Assembly (NCBI GenBank): GCA_019057795.1
Contig: JAHLWS010000080.1
Coordinates: forward strand, 59,172-123,171
Reading direction: 5' to 3'
DNA length: 64,000 nt
From: Promethearchaeota archaeon
Lineage (GTDB): Archaea; Asgardarchaeota; Lokiarchaeia; Sigyniarchaeales; SOKP01
The position numbers and the translations under genes are program-made. Of the stretch, positions 48,465-58,654 are shown piece by piece. Below the pieces are notes generated by a model, which saw nothing but the letters and a program-made list of their open reading frames with translations, ran no database searches and was not told the DNA's origin. Numbering within the stretch: the first letter of the stretch is position 1; each line of letters opens with the position of its first letter.

Positions 48465-50129
48465 ATGGTTAAGCTCCTTGTAAAAAATGGTTTTGTTTTT
48501 GACCCCGTAAACAATATTGAAGGAGAAACAAAAGATATTTTAATTGAGAATGGAAAAATTGTGGAAAAATTTACGAATAAAAACGATCTTAAAGAAATCG
48601 ATGCTAAAGGAAAAACGGTTGTTCCATCGGCAGTGGATACTCACACTCACATAGCTTCCCAGCAGGTTAACTGGGCGCGTTTGTTGGGATCTGAAAATAA
48701 GGATTTTCAAGATATATGGAAAGGCTTAACTTTAGAGAATATTGCTAAAAGTTACATTTCGAACGGATATACCTTTATTCTCGAAGCTAATGTTTTCCCA
48801 TCCCTCTCAAAACAGACAATATTTGATCTAAAACGATTGCCTGTGCTAGATAAAGCATACTTGTTAAATATAAGTAATTTATGGACTTTAGAACTCGAGT
48901 TTCAGCGGGGAAAGGTTGAAAATGGTGCTGTTTTTTTGTCAGATCTCTTAAATAAAGTTAAAGGATTTGGCTTCAAAGCCTATAATCCCTTCGAAGCGGA
49001 ATATTGGAATTGGAAAAAGGTTAGAAACAGCCTAACCGAAAAAGGAAGGTTATTTAACTTTACTCCTATGGATGTTTACGAAAATCTCACTAAATTTGTA
49101 GAGTCTTTAGGTTTACCTCATTCAATTCACGCCCATATCGAAGGTTACGAATCTGTTCTTTCTAAAGAGAATTTAGTGTTAATTTTAAACAAGATCAAAT
49201 CGCTTGGCTTAAAACCTAACACAAACAACTCCCTTGAAATTAAACGGTCTCAAATATTTCACCTTGCACACGCTTCAGCTTATAATTCTGACGGAGATAA
49301 CTCAGAATTGATTAAATTTTTTAACGAGAACCACGATTTTGACATGGATTTAGGTTTTATTGGATTTGACAAATTGAATCCGTTAATTACATCTGACCGT
49401 CATTTGGTAAATAATCTAAAAAGTTCGGAAAACGCTTATAAACTAATTAGATCATCGGTAGAATCAGAGGGAGATTCATTTATAACTCTAAGAAAATTTA
49501 GAAAAAAAAAGGGAAGCGATTGTATTTTGTGGGCAAACGCTATTGATTTAGCGTTAAATATTACCCCGTGGCAAATGCAGTTCTCAGTCAACTACCCGAA
49601 CTATGCAAATATAACTAATGTTCCTGAAATCGCAACTTGGTTGTTGAGCAACAAAGCTCGCGAAAATTTTATGAACGATATGGATGCTGGTTTTTTAAAA
49701 GACAATTCTCTAACCAGTAATGACAAAATACTAACTTTTAACGATTTCGTAATTTTAACTCGTTCGAGCCCAGCTAAATCGTTAGGTATTGGAAGCATAA
49801 AAGGTAATTTAGGTTTAGGTGCTGATGGTGACCTGAATGTTTTGAATTTGAACTTAAACGATGTCGATGTTTTGAAAGATGTTGAAACTTTAAAGAAAGC
49901 GCTTAAAAACATAGAATTCGTGATAAAATCAGGAGAAATTATCAAAAACCAAGAGAAATTTAATCTAAGCGGTTCAGGAAAAATATTTTGGGCTTCGGGA
50001 AAAGCAGAAAAAGACGATTCTAAATTGGTTTTAACAAAGAAAAAAGAATTTTACCAAAAATACTATTCGATTTTTTACGATTCTTACGATATAACTATAG
50101 ATAACAACATTCTAAGAAAAATTGCTTAA
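48465..50129 (+). CDS. fwdA: Formylmethanofuran dehydrogenase subunit A-like amidohydrolase (divergent)
   Basis: KNG.VFDP.N.I.GE..DI, DTHTHIA, K.YNP, LPHSIHAH, TR..PAK.LG, G.LG.GAD.D. Confidence 0.85.
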   Translation: MVKLLVKNGFVFDPVNNIEGETKDILIENGKIVEKFTNKNDLKEIDAKGKTVVPSAVDTHTHIASQQVNWARLLGSENKDFQDIWKGLTLENIAKSYISNGYTFILEANVFPSLSKQTIFDLKRLPVLDKAYLLNISNLWTLELEFQRGKVENGAVFLSDLLNKVKGFGFKAYNPFEAEYWNWKKVRNSLTEKGRLFNFTPMDVYENLTKFVESLGLPHSIHAHIEGYESVLSKENLVLILNKIKSLGLKPNTNNSLEIKRSQIFHLAHASAYNSDGDNSELIKFFNENHDFDMDLGFIGFDKLNPLITSDRHLVNNLKSSENAYKLIRSSVESEGDSFITLRKFRKKKGSDCILWANAIDLALNITPWQMQFSVNYPNYANITNVPEIATWLLSNKARENFMNDMDAGFLKDNSLTSNDKILTFNDFVILTRSSPAKSLGIGSIKGNLGLGADGDLNVLNLNLNDVDVLKDVETLKKALKNIEFVIKSGEIIKNQEKFNLSGSGKIFWASGKAEKDDSKLVLTKKKEFYQKYYSIFYDSYDITIDNNILRKIA

Positions 50130-50214
50130 ATCTCAGAAATTTTTGCCATATTGAATGAATACATCAAATAAACATTCATTTTTCTCAATATTTTAAGCAT
50201 TTAGATTCTTATAT

Positions 50215-50260
50215 ATCATTATAATGATCAATTTTAATTAAAAGATTATCACTATAGTGA
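50215..50260. promoter_or_regulatory. Pair of related palindromes upstream of the AAA_14 ATPase
   Basis: ATCATTATAATGAT (50215-50228) and TCACTATAGTGA (50249-50260). Confidence 0.5.
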
Positions 50261-50296
50261 CAACATTTAAATGTTTAGTAATAATATCATATTTTA

Positions 50297-51604
50297 ATGA
50301 TTAATAAATCGTTATTATTTGAAATTCTAAGAGAACAGAATTATTGGTTTAAACAACCGATATTTGATTATATTGATAGAAAAACCTATTTAAAAGAAAT
50401 AAAAAAACATATCAATACTAAATCGATCTTAGTAATTCAGGGACCTAGAAGAGCAGGAAAGACTGTATTATTAAAATTACTTATTAGAAAAATGATGAAA
50501 TCTATTGACAAGAATAAAATTCTATATGTGAATCTTGAAGATTACAGGCTATTCCAATACTATTCCCTTGAGCTTATAGAGGCAATCTATGACACTTATA
50601 GAGAAAAAATAAACCCCGATAAGGAAGTTTATTATTTTATAGATGAAATTCAAAATATTGAGGGTTTTGAGCATTATCTGCGCTCACAATATGATAGCGA
50701 GAAAAAAATTAAATTCATTATTACAGGATCAAATTCAAAATTATTAAGTAAAGAATTAGCTACTTTACTTACAGGTCGTACATTAACATTTGAGGTTTTT
50801 CCCTTTTCCTTTAAAGAATACTTATTATATAAGAATATGGAAATTTCAGATAACAAATATTATTCGCTTGAACCTAATATCCATAAATTAAAACATTTAT
50901 TTAACGATTACTACACTCTTGGTTCAATTCCAGAATATATTAATAATCCTAAAAAAGAACGATTAGAAGAATATTTCGAAAATGTAATTCTTAAAGATAT
51001 TGTAGAACGATATAACATAAGAAATACTAAATTAATTAAAGACCTCGGGATTTATTTACTATCTAATGCTACAAACTTGATTTCAAACAGTTCATTAAGT
51101 AAAGTTTTTGATGTTTCAATTAATACAATTAAGGAATACATTTCATTTTTAGAATCAGCATATTTATTCTTTCATCTTAATAAGTTCTCCTATTCGTATA
51201 AAAAGCAACTTAAAACATCTTCAAAAATATATAGTATTGATAATGGGTTAATTAATCTCGTAAGTTTTAAATTCTCTGAGAACAAGGGTCGTCTTTTTGA
51301 AAATTTAGTATTTTTAGAATTAAAGCGAAACAATAAAGAAATTTATTATCACAGATTAAAAAAAGAATGTGATTTCATAATTAAGAAAAATCTAAAAATA
51401 ATTAACGCAATTCAAGTATCTATAAGTTTAGATCTTCCCAAAACCAAAAAAAGGGAGTTTGAGGGGTTAATAGAAGCATTAAACGAATATAATTTAAAAG
51501 AAGGTTTAATCATTACAGAAGACCAATACGAAGATTTAAAAATTGATGAATTTAAAATAAAAATAAGACCGTTATGGTTTTGGCTCTTAAATAAAAAAGA
51601 ATGA
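50297..51604 (+). CDS. AAA_14/DUF4143 ATP-binding protein
   Basis: GPRRAGKT, FIDEIQ, TGS, LTGR, K.Y.IDNG, G.LFEN, ECDF. Confidence 0.9.
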   Translation: MINKSLLFEILREQNYWFKQPIFDYIDRKTYLKEIKKHINTKSILVIQGPRRAGKTVLLKLLIRKMMKSIDKNKILYVNLEDYRLFQYYSLELIEAIYDTYREKINPDKEVYYFIDEIQNIEGFEHYLRSQYDSEKKIKFIITGSNSKLLSKELATLLTGRTLTFEVFPFSFKEYLLYKNMEISDNKYYSLEPNIHKLKHLFNDYYTLGSIPEYINNPKKERLEEYFENVILKDIVERYNIRNTKLIKDLGIYLLSNATNLISNSSLSKVFDVSINTIKEYISFLESAYLFFHLNKFSYSYKKQLKTSSKIYSIDNGLINLVSFKFSENKGRLFENLVFLELKRNNKEIYYHRLKKECDFIIKKNLKIINAIQVSISLDLPKTKKREFEGLIEALNEYNLKEGLIITEDQYEDLKIDEFKIKIRPLWFWLLNKKE

Positions 51605-51707
51605 GCCAAAAAAGATTAGCCTAATAAAAGAGTTATATAAGTACTTATAAAAAATATATAAATGAGACCTAAATTTATTTATTATTAAATTATTATTTTT
51701 CAAGTAA

Positions 51708-52022
51708 ATGAAAATAAAAAAGATACTTAAAGAATTTAAAGAAAAACTTGTAGAACTATATCAAGAACAGTTAATAGACGTGCTATTATATGGTTCATAT
51801 GCGAGAGGGGATCAACGAGAAGATTCTGATATAGATATTGCTGTAATTCTGAAAGGTAAAATTGAGCCATTTAAAGAAATTGATAGGATTACCGAATTTT
51901 CGTACGATCTTAGTTTAAAATATTCAATTTTAATTTCTATTCATCCTATATCTGACATTGATTATTTTTCCAGAAATTATCCTTTTATCTTAAATTTAAG
52001 AGAGGAAGGCATCTCAATTTGA
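51708..52022 (+). CDS. Minimal nucleotidyltransferase (orphan MNT)
   Basis: LYGSYARGD...DSDIDI; C-terminal REEG. Confidence 0.88.
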   Translation: MKIKKILKEFKEKLVELYQEQLIDVLLYGSYARGDQREDSDIDIAVILKGKIEPFKEIDRITEFSYDLSLKYSILISIHPISDIDYFSRNYPFILNLREEGISI

Positions 52023-52034
52023 GTAATGAAGAAT

Positions 52035-53267
52035 TTAATAATTCAGTCCCTTAAGTCTATGAACCGTGGTAAATTGGTTTTTCCCGCTGTTTCTTAGATA
52101 ATTCATCGATTCTTCGATTCCTTCTATTGTCAAGTTAAACATAGGGATAAGGCTCGAAATAATCTTCCTCGTCCATGGTACCCACTCTAACCGAATTAAT
52201 TCAGGGTTTAACCAAACAACATTGTTCTTGAAGTGGTTGGCTATTTCTCTAATGTAATAAATTCCGGGCATCTCATTTCTATGGTAATAATAAATCGAAC
52301 CATATCTTTCCGTAAGTTCCCAAGAAGCCATAGCAGCGTCGCCAACGACAACTACTTTGTACTTATTATCGTATTTTTTCAAAAGATCGTCGAAATCTAT
52401 AGCCTCGTCAGAATTTCTCTGAGCATTTAAATAAAGTTGGTCATATACGCAATTATGGAAGTAGTAAAACTTAAAGTCTTTCCAATGTGACATGTTATTA
52501 GCAGCAGAAAAAAGTAAGTTGACAAGATGAGCGTAGGGGGTCATACTTCCTCCAACATCCATAAGAAGGATAAGTTTAACATTGTTTTTCCTTTTTTTCT
52601 CGAAAATAATTTCAATGTCCCCGCCATTTCTAGCAGTTTCATCAATTGTTTTATCAATGTTTAACTCGTCTTGCTTCCCTATCTCTTCCAGTTTTCTTAG
52701 ACGCTTCAATGCGACTTTAATTTGGCGTGTGTCTAAAACGATATCTTTTCTGTAATCGGCAAAGATTCTTTTTTGGGCGATTTGTATCGCCATACGCATA
52801 CCGGATGAGCCACCTACCCTCATACCCATCGGGTTTTGCCCCGAATGACCAAATTGAGAAAAACCTTGAGTTCCAATCCATTGATCTCCGAAATTATGCT
52901 CCTCATCCTGTTTTTTAAGTAATTCTTCGAAATGTTTTTGTAATTCTTCGATATCAAAATGTTGGTTAAGAAATTCTTGAAATCCGTCAGGTAATTCTGG
53001 AGGATTAAAATCTTTTTGAAGCCAATCCCATATTTCTTGTTTGATTTCTTCTGGGAACTTTAAAGAAGCGTTTTTGAAAAAGTTAGCAAACGCAATATCG
53101 TAAATGTCAAAGTGATGTTCGTTCTTACATAATATAGATCTTGAAATATAGTAGAACTCGACCATGTTATGGATAAGTCCCTTTTCAAGGGCTTCCATAA
53201 GGGTCATATACTCCGTAATACTAACCGGTAACCTTTCTTTTAGGTAATAAAAATACTCAACAAACAT
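52035..53267 (-). CDS. VWA-domain (CoxE-like) protein, MoxR partner
   Basis: LMDVGGSM MIDAS-like motif, YFHNC.Y, VGDA.M, WLNP. Confidence 0.88.
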   Translation of the reverse strand: MFVEYFYYLKERLPVSITEYMTLMEALEKGLIHNMVEFYYISRSILCKNEHHFDIYDIAFANFFKNASLKFPEEIKQEIWDWLQKDFNPPELPDGFQEFLNQHFDIEELQKHFEELLKKQDEEHNFGDQWIGTQGFSQFGHSGQNPMGMRVGGSSGMRMAIQIAQKRIFADYRKDIVLDTRQIKVALKRLRKLEEIGKQDELNIDKTIDETARNGGDIEIIFEKKRKNNVKLILLMDVGGSMTPYAHLVNLLFSAANNMSHWKDFKFYYFHNCVYDQLYLNAQRNSDEAIDFDDLLKKYDNKYKVVVVGDAAMASWELTERYGSIYYYHRNEMPGIYYIREIANHFKNNVVWLNPELIRLEWVPWTRKIISSLIPMFNLTIEGIEESMNYLRNSGKNQFTTVHRLKGLNY

Positions 53268-53302
53268 TTATTTAATCCTATAACCAAATAATTTAAAATT
53301 GA

Positions 53303-54157
53303 TCATGTAGGGAACTTAACTTTTTCTAAGGCTATTTCGAGATCTTTTTCTTTTTTAAGGAGCACTCCAAGGAATGGTATTCCATGCTTCAGTTCGTCTA
53401 AGCTTATTCCACTTTTCAATAAGACACCGATCCAATCCAGAAGTTCAGATGTCGAGGGCATTTTCCTTAGTTTTGTGATCGCTCTTAGCGCATAGAAATT
53501 TTTAAGGCACTGGTCTAAAAGGTTTTGTTTCAGATGTGGATAGTGAAGATTACAGATGTCTGCCATAAATTCTTTTGAAGGAAATTCTATCCAATGAAAC
53601 ACACATCTGCGTAAGAACGCGTCAGGAAGCTCTTTTTCATTATTTGAAGTAATAATAACTATAGGTCGAGTTTTAGCTTTAACAAATTCTTTGGTTTCTT
53701 TAACGTAAAATTCCATTACATCTAATTCTTGTAAAAGATCGTTTGGAAACTCGATATCTGCCTTATCGATCTCGTCGATAAGAAGAACGACTTGTTCCTC
53801 AGAGTCAAAAGCTTCCCCTAGCGGTCCATACATAATATAATCTTTAATATTGTTTACATTACGATCGTCGCTTCCAAATCGACTATCGTTTAATCTTTGG
53901 ACGGTATCGTACATGTAGCACCCATCGATTGCTTCCGTTGTGCTTTTTACATTCCATACGATTAATCGTTTTCCTAAAGATTCGGCAATAGCGTGAGATA
54001 ACAAAGTTTTTCCTGTACCGGGCTCACCCTTTACCAGTAATGGTCGAGCTAAGGCAATTGAAACGTTAACGATGTTTCTTAGTTGAGGATCAGCAATATA
54101 TTTGATCCTTTCAGTATTAACATCTCCTTTAAATTGATCAAATCCAGTATTACTCAT
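53303..54157 (-). CDS. MoxR-like AAA+ ATPase
   Basis: GEPGTGKT, LLIDEIDKAD..FPNDLL, TSN.EKELPDAFLRRC. Confidence 0.92.
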   Translation of the reverse strand: MSNTGFDQFKGDVNTERIKYIADPQLRNIVNVSIALARPLLVKGEPGTGKTLLSHAIAESLGKRLIVWNVKSTTEAIDGCYMYDTVQRLNDSRFGSDDRNVNNIKDYIMYGPLGEAFDSEEQVVLLIDEIDKADIEFPNDLLQELDVMEFYVKETKEFVKAKTRPIVIITSNNEKELPDAFLRRCVFHWIEFPSKEFMADICNLHYPHLKQNLLDQCLKNFYALRAITKLRKMPSTSELLDWIGVLLKSGISLDELKHGIPFLGVLLKKEKDLEIALEKVKFPT

Positions 54158-54337
54158 AATTAAATGAAATTAATATAGAATTAAATATTTTTTGACTATT
54201 TGTAAAAAATTTGGTTTTATTTTTAAAAAGTTAGCTTTCGAATTAATTTTCAACACCATCTAATAAAACTCGTTTCTTTATAGAGAAATATATAAAAATC
54301 TGTTTAAACGTTTTAGATAGGAATATTTGCACGAACA

Positions 54338-55672
54338 TTGAACAACCATAGCCTGAAGGCTATGGATTCGTAGGTTAGACTTTCAACACTACTGGATGGT
54401 TCAAGTATCCTCTATCCCCTATCCACTTGGATTTAGGGACTCCTTTTTGTAGAATGTTTCTTGAAGCGTTCACATCGGCGTTTAGAACAACCCCGCAATC
54501 TTTACAAATGTATAGTCCACGATACTTGCGATTTGACTTACGTACGACTCCACACGAAGAGCACGTTTGCGAAGTGTACTCTTCACCGGTTCTAATTACT
54601 TGAATTCCGACCATCTCAGATTTATATTCAATTTGTTGGACAAGTTTTAAAAACGGCGCGGAGACAAAGTTCTGGTTGTTTCTCTTCCCTATCGCGATCT
54701 TTTGCTTCCAACCTTCGTTATACCCGATGACAATCGTTCCAATATCGTTAGAAATGCAGTAATTGACTATTCTTCGAGATGTCTTATGAAAGAAATCTCT
54801 CATCTTGTTGTTTCGCTTTCGATGGAGCCTCAAGATGCGTCCTGTGACGTCCGTATCGTTGTATTTTTTCGCCATGGACTTGTATTTTGACAGTTGCTTG
54901 TTATAGAATTGATTGATCGACTTAACAACACCGCCTTTGATAATCAATGGCTTGTTTCCAACGTTATCTGACGCAGCTACGATGTTATTAAGTCCTAAAT
55001 CGATTCCCAAAGCGTTATTCTCGTTCAAGTGCAAGTCTTTTGGCTCGTAATCGTAGATTAATTCAATATTGTATCGATCTCCGAAAGGAACGATGCGAAC
55101 GCCTCTTACGCTTTTTAACGCGGTTTTTATTTTAGGAAAATCTAAGTTCTCCATCTTTTGCGTGAGTAGTACGTGCCCATTCTTTAGCCTACATTGTAAG
55201 GAAGTGAAATAGACTAAATTATGGCCGTTCTTACGCTTGTAACGAGGAAGCTTAGGTCTACCCTTAAATTTTAACCGTTCGCTTTTCCAAACCTTAATCG
55301 CTTTAAAGAAACTCTTGAAATTTCTATCTACTTGTTTTAATACTTGCTGTGGTGGATGAGAACCACACTTTTCCTGTAGTTTTTTATACGATTCGTGAGT
55401 TCTTAATAATTTCCATAACTCGTTATACCGAATCCAATGGCGATCCTTGAAAAACCTCTGTCGCACGGTATAGGTCGCTACATTGAACAAGTTCTTTGAA
55501 AGAAAAGTAATTTCGTCCAATAATTTTGAGCGTTTTAACTGAATTTGTTGAACGAGTTGCATTAATTATAACATTGAGTAATTCTTATTTAAAGAAATAG
55601 GGGTAGGATTATTAATTATTTACGCAAAATTCATCACATCCCTAAAGGAATGCGTTTTCTTTTGTTGAATTG
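54338..55672 (-). mobile_element. IS200/IS605-family non-autonomous element (tnpB only)
   Basis: Right end (minus strand): GAAT-CCATAGCC-TTCA-GGCTATGG-TTGT-TCAA. Left end: TTTTAT|CAATTCAACAAAAGAAAAC then hairpin GCATTCC-TTTA-GGGATGT. No tnpA. Confidence 0.8.
54375..55562 (-). CDS. tnpB: RNA-guided endonuclease TnpB
   Basis: GIDLG (RuvC-I), E.YTSQTCSSCG...C..CG zinc finger, NADVNA (RuvC-III). Confidence 0.95.
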   Translation of the reverse strand: MQLVQQIQLKRSKLLDEITFLSKNLFNVATYTVRQRFFKDRHWIRYNELWKLLRTHESYKKLQEKCGSHPPQQVLKQVDRNFKSFFKAIKVWKSERLKFKGRPKLPRYKRKNGHNLVYFTSLQCRLKNGHVLLTQKMENLDFPKIKTALKSVRGVRIVPFGDRYNIELIYDYEPKDLHLNENNALGIDLGLNNIVAASDNVGNKPLIIKGGVVKSINQFYNKQLSKYKSMAKKYNDTDVTGRILRLHRKRNNKMRDFFHKTSRRIVNYCISNDIGTIVIGYNEGWKQKIAIGKRNNQNFVSAPFLKLVQQIEYKSEMVGIQVIRTGEEYTSQTCSSCGVVRKSNRKYRGLYICKDCGVVLNADVNASRNILQKGVPKSKWIGDRGYLNHPVVLKV

Positions 55673-55774
55673 ATAAAACCAATTAAATAAGAATCACTAT
55701 TATTTAATATCAAAATTTTTTAAATGGTTTCAACAGAACTACACTTTTTTTATTTTTATAAAGGTGGGGGTATT

Positions 55775-56659
55775 ATGGTTGTTCAAATAGTTTATCACTG
55801 TAATAATGAGATATTAGAATGGAAATGGTCTTCAGACAGCGAATTAATGCCACAGCCTTTTTGGACTTCAATATTTTTAATTGACGGGTTATTAATTGAT
55901 GCAGGTGCTCCAGGAGGAGTAGACGATTTACGCAAATTTATAAAAACTCTTGATTCCGAGAATGTGATTGATAAGTGTGTAATTACACATAACCACGAAG
56001 ATCATTGTGGCGGGGGTCGTATGCTCCAAGAAGAATTTAACATTCCCGTTTTCGCTAGTAAGCTGGCTATTCCACTATTAATGAAAGAAAAAAACTATCC
56101 CGATTATCGTCAGATGACTTGGGGCGTAGACTACCAACCGTTTCAAGCTGAACTATTAAAAGATTCAATTAGTTCTAAATCAGGTAAATATATTTTTGAT
56201 ATAATAGATACACCTGGACATGCTCCTGAACTAATTAGTTTAATTGAACGAAAACAACAGTGGGCATTTATCAACGATGTAGTAATGCCAAAATATCGAA
56301 TGATATTTGGTAAATATACAGACATTCCCGAAGATATCTCTCTTATATTTCAATCAATTAAAAAATTGTATGATTTCACAAAGGGAATGGACAATTTGCT
56401 TCTCTTTACTACGGGGAAGGGTGTTTTTAAAGGCAGATCGTTTTTAAAAGATAGAATGGATGAAATTAATTCACTACATCTGAAAGCTCATAGATTTCAA
56501 AATGAAGCTAAACAAAAAGGACTTCTGGATAAGCAACTTTTAAGGTATGTCTTAAAAAAAATTTTTAAACGAGAAAATTTTGTAGGCACACTTACTCGAG
56601 GAGGATTATCGCACAAAAATTTAATTGAATCCTTGCTCGAATGGCCCATAGATTATTGA
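55775..56659 (+). CDS. MBL-fold metallo-hydrolase
   Basis: LLIDAG, THNHEDHCGG, TPGH; start at ATG 55775 after GGTGGGGG. Confidence 0.85.
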   Translation: MVVQIVYHCNNEILEWKWSSDSELMPQPFWTSIFLIDGLLIDAGAPGGVDDLRKFIKTLDSENVIDKCVITHNHEDHCGGGRMLQEEFNIPVFASKLAIPLLMKEKNYPDYRQMTWGVDYQPFQAELLKDSISSKSGKYIFDIIDTPGHAPELISLIERKQQWAFINDVVMPKYRMIFGKYTDIPEDISLIFQSIKKLYDFTKGMDNLLLFTTGKGVFKGRSFLKDRMDEINSLHLKAHRFQNEAKQKGLLDKQLLRYVLKKIFKRENFVGTLTRGGLSHKNLIESLLEWPIDY

Positions 56660-56788
56660 TTATCCATTGAATTCCATAATGTTGATTAATTTCTCTCTAG
56701 TCCAATCGGGAGCCCGCCCATCGCATTGTAAAATCGATATGTTTTTGTAGAATCCATACCAAGCATGATGACAGAATCCTTCTGGCAT
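56660..56788 (-). pseudogene. Fragment resembling TIGR04076-type proteins
   Basis: MPEGFCHHAWYGFYKNISILQCDG..PDW resembles the central PEGFC..AW motif as I recall it; only 42 aa. Confidence 0.35.
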
Positions 56789-56883
56789 ATAGCAATATTT
56801 CAACAGTTATGTATTTTGGATGGAAACATTTAATAATTTACTTAATAACTTATAATTTAATAAATTGAATCCAAATTAAAGAT

Positions 56884-57987
56884 ATGCCAAGCATTACTTC
56901 TCTAATATCTCAAAGAATTAAACCCTCTTGCGCTGTATGGGAAATTACATTAAAATGTAATAGTAATTGCATTCATTGTGGATCAAAAGCAGGAAAAACT
57001 CGTCTTGATGAACTGAATACCGAAGAATCTTTAAAATTAGTGAGGGAAATCCGTGATTGTGGTTATAAAGGAGTTGCTTTAATGGGAGGAGAACCATTAA
57101 TTAGAGAAGATTGGTACGAAATTGCCAGAGAAATTAAAAAAAATAAGCTAGAATTATCAATTGTTACTAACGGATTAACTTTAATTGATAACATTCAAAA
57201 ATTAAAAAGCCTAAAAGTTGACTGCGTATCGCTAAGTTTAGATGGAGGGTCGGCTAAAGTTCACGATTATCTTAGAGGTATTCCAGGAGCATTTGAAAAA
57301 ACATTAAATGCGATTAACAGGTTAAAAGAAGAAAAATTACCAGTCAGTGTTATTACAGCAGTAAGTAAAACTAATTTAAATGAACTAGATAAGATAAAAA
57401 AAATCTTATTAGATCGAAATATTGCTTGGCAAATCCAGATAGCAATCCCTATTGGACGCTTTCCAAGAGAATTAACGATTTCGAGAGAGGAATTTTACAC
57501 TGTAGCATTATTCATTGCTATAAATGTTAAAAAGTATTCTTATAAAAGATTGCCAGTTATTGGTGCCCATTGTTTCGGCCATTTTTCAAGGTTTGTACCA
57601 AATTTAGGGTTGGATCCATGGGTGGGATGCCAAGCGGGAAAATCAGTTTTAGGCATTCAGAGTAATGGAAATATTAAAGGATGTTTAACGCTCCCAGATG
57701 GATTTATCGAAGGAAATATTAGAATGCAGAGTTTGAAAACGATTTTAGAAAAGATAAGGTTGAAACAAAAACAGTTAAAAGGTTATTGTGTTGATTGTGA
57801 TTTGGCAAAATTATGTCGGGGAGGATGTTTGGGAACAGCCATAGCATTAAAAGAATTTGATGAGCCTTATTGTCTAAGAGCAATCGAAAATAAATTATTT
57901 TCATCGAAACAATTACCAATTAAAGGGAAATTGGATTCAACAATTTCAATATTAAAAAATATGTATCATAACTTAATATTCAAATAA
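56884..57987 (+). CDS. Radical SAM/SPASM domain protein (putative peptide maturase)
   Basis: WEITLKCNSNCIHCGS, GGEPL; SPASM cysteines CQAG...GNIKGC and CVDCDLAKLCRGGC...YC. Confidence 0.92.
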   Translation: MPSITSLISQRIKPSCAVWEITLKCNSNCIHCGSKAGKTRLDELNTEESLKLVREIRDCGYKGVALMGGEPLIREDWYEIAREIKKNKLELSIVTNGLTLIDNIQKLKSLKVDCVSLSLDGGSAKVHDYLRGIPGAFEKTLNAINRLKEEKLPVSVITAVSKTNLNELDKIKKILLDRNIAWQIQIAIPIGRFPRELTISREEFYTVALFIAINVKKYSYKRLPVIGAHCFGHFSRFVPNLGLDPWVGCQAGKSVLGIQSNGNIKGCLTLPDGFIEGNIRMQSLKTILEKIRLKQKQLKGYCVDCDLAKLCRGGCLGTAIALKEFDEPYCLRAIENKLFSSKQLPIKGKLDSTISILKNMYHNLIFK

Positions 57988-58021
57988 TCTGATAATAAAA
58001 TTTAATGGAGGTATCTTAAAA

Positions 58022-58270
58022 TTGTTAGGAAATTTTTTTCAATTATATAAAATCGGTAAAGAGTTAGGATTAAATAAGAAAGAAATTAATAGAATCTTTT
58101 TATTTGATGATAGCAGAAATCCATTGTTTTTCAAAATCCTAATGATAATCATATTTATTTTTTTGGGAGTTTTCGTTATTATATTAGGAATTGAAGCCTC
58201 AAGACATATTTATCCTGCTGGAACATTATATTCTACTGTAAAAATAAAGGATTTTAAAGCTAAAAAATGA
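58022..58270 (+). CDS. 82-aa single-TM peptide, paralog 1 (putative RiPP precursor)
   Basis: QL.KIGKELGL.KKE.N leader, TM, C-terminal YPAGTLYSTVKIKDF; GGAGG SD. Confidence 0.8.
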   Translation: MLGNFFQLYKIGKELGLNKKEINRIFLFDDSRNPLFFKILMIIIFIFLGVFVIILGIEASRHIYPAGTLYSTVKIKDFKAKK

Positions 58271-58307
58271 AGATATAAAATTCAAATAAGGAGGGATTAT
58301 TTAGAAA

Positions 58308-58556
58308 ATGATGAAAGATATAATTCAGCTCTTTAAAATCGGTAAAGAGTTAGGATTAAATAAGAAAGAAATAAATAAAGTACTAATATTTGACAATAGT
58401 AAGGTTACTTTATTATACAAAAGCCTATTGATAATATCATTTATTTTTTTTGGTATCATAATAATAATATTAGGAATAGAAGCCTCTAGAAATACTTATG
58501 CAGCAGGGAGTTACTATTCTACTATTAGAATAAAAGATTTCAACGAAAGAAAGTAA
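58308..58556 (+). CDS. 82-aa single-TM peptide, paralog 2 (putative RiPP precursor)
   Basis: Same architecture; YAAGSYYSTIRIKDF; GGAGG SD. Confidence 0.8.
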   Translation: MMKDIIQLFKIGKELGLNKKEINKVLIFDNSKVTLLYKSLLIISFIFFGIIIIILGIEASRNTYAAGSYYSTIRIKDFNERK

Positions 58557-58654
58557 ATTCAACAATTTTTTCTTAAAGAAATCATGAAATTTTAATCTGA
58601 TGGTAAAAATGTAAAAATTAAATTAACTTCAAAATTTGAGTGATTATTGAGAAA

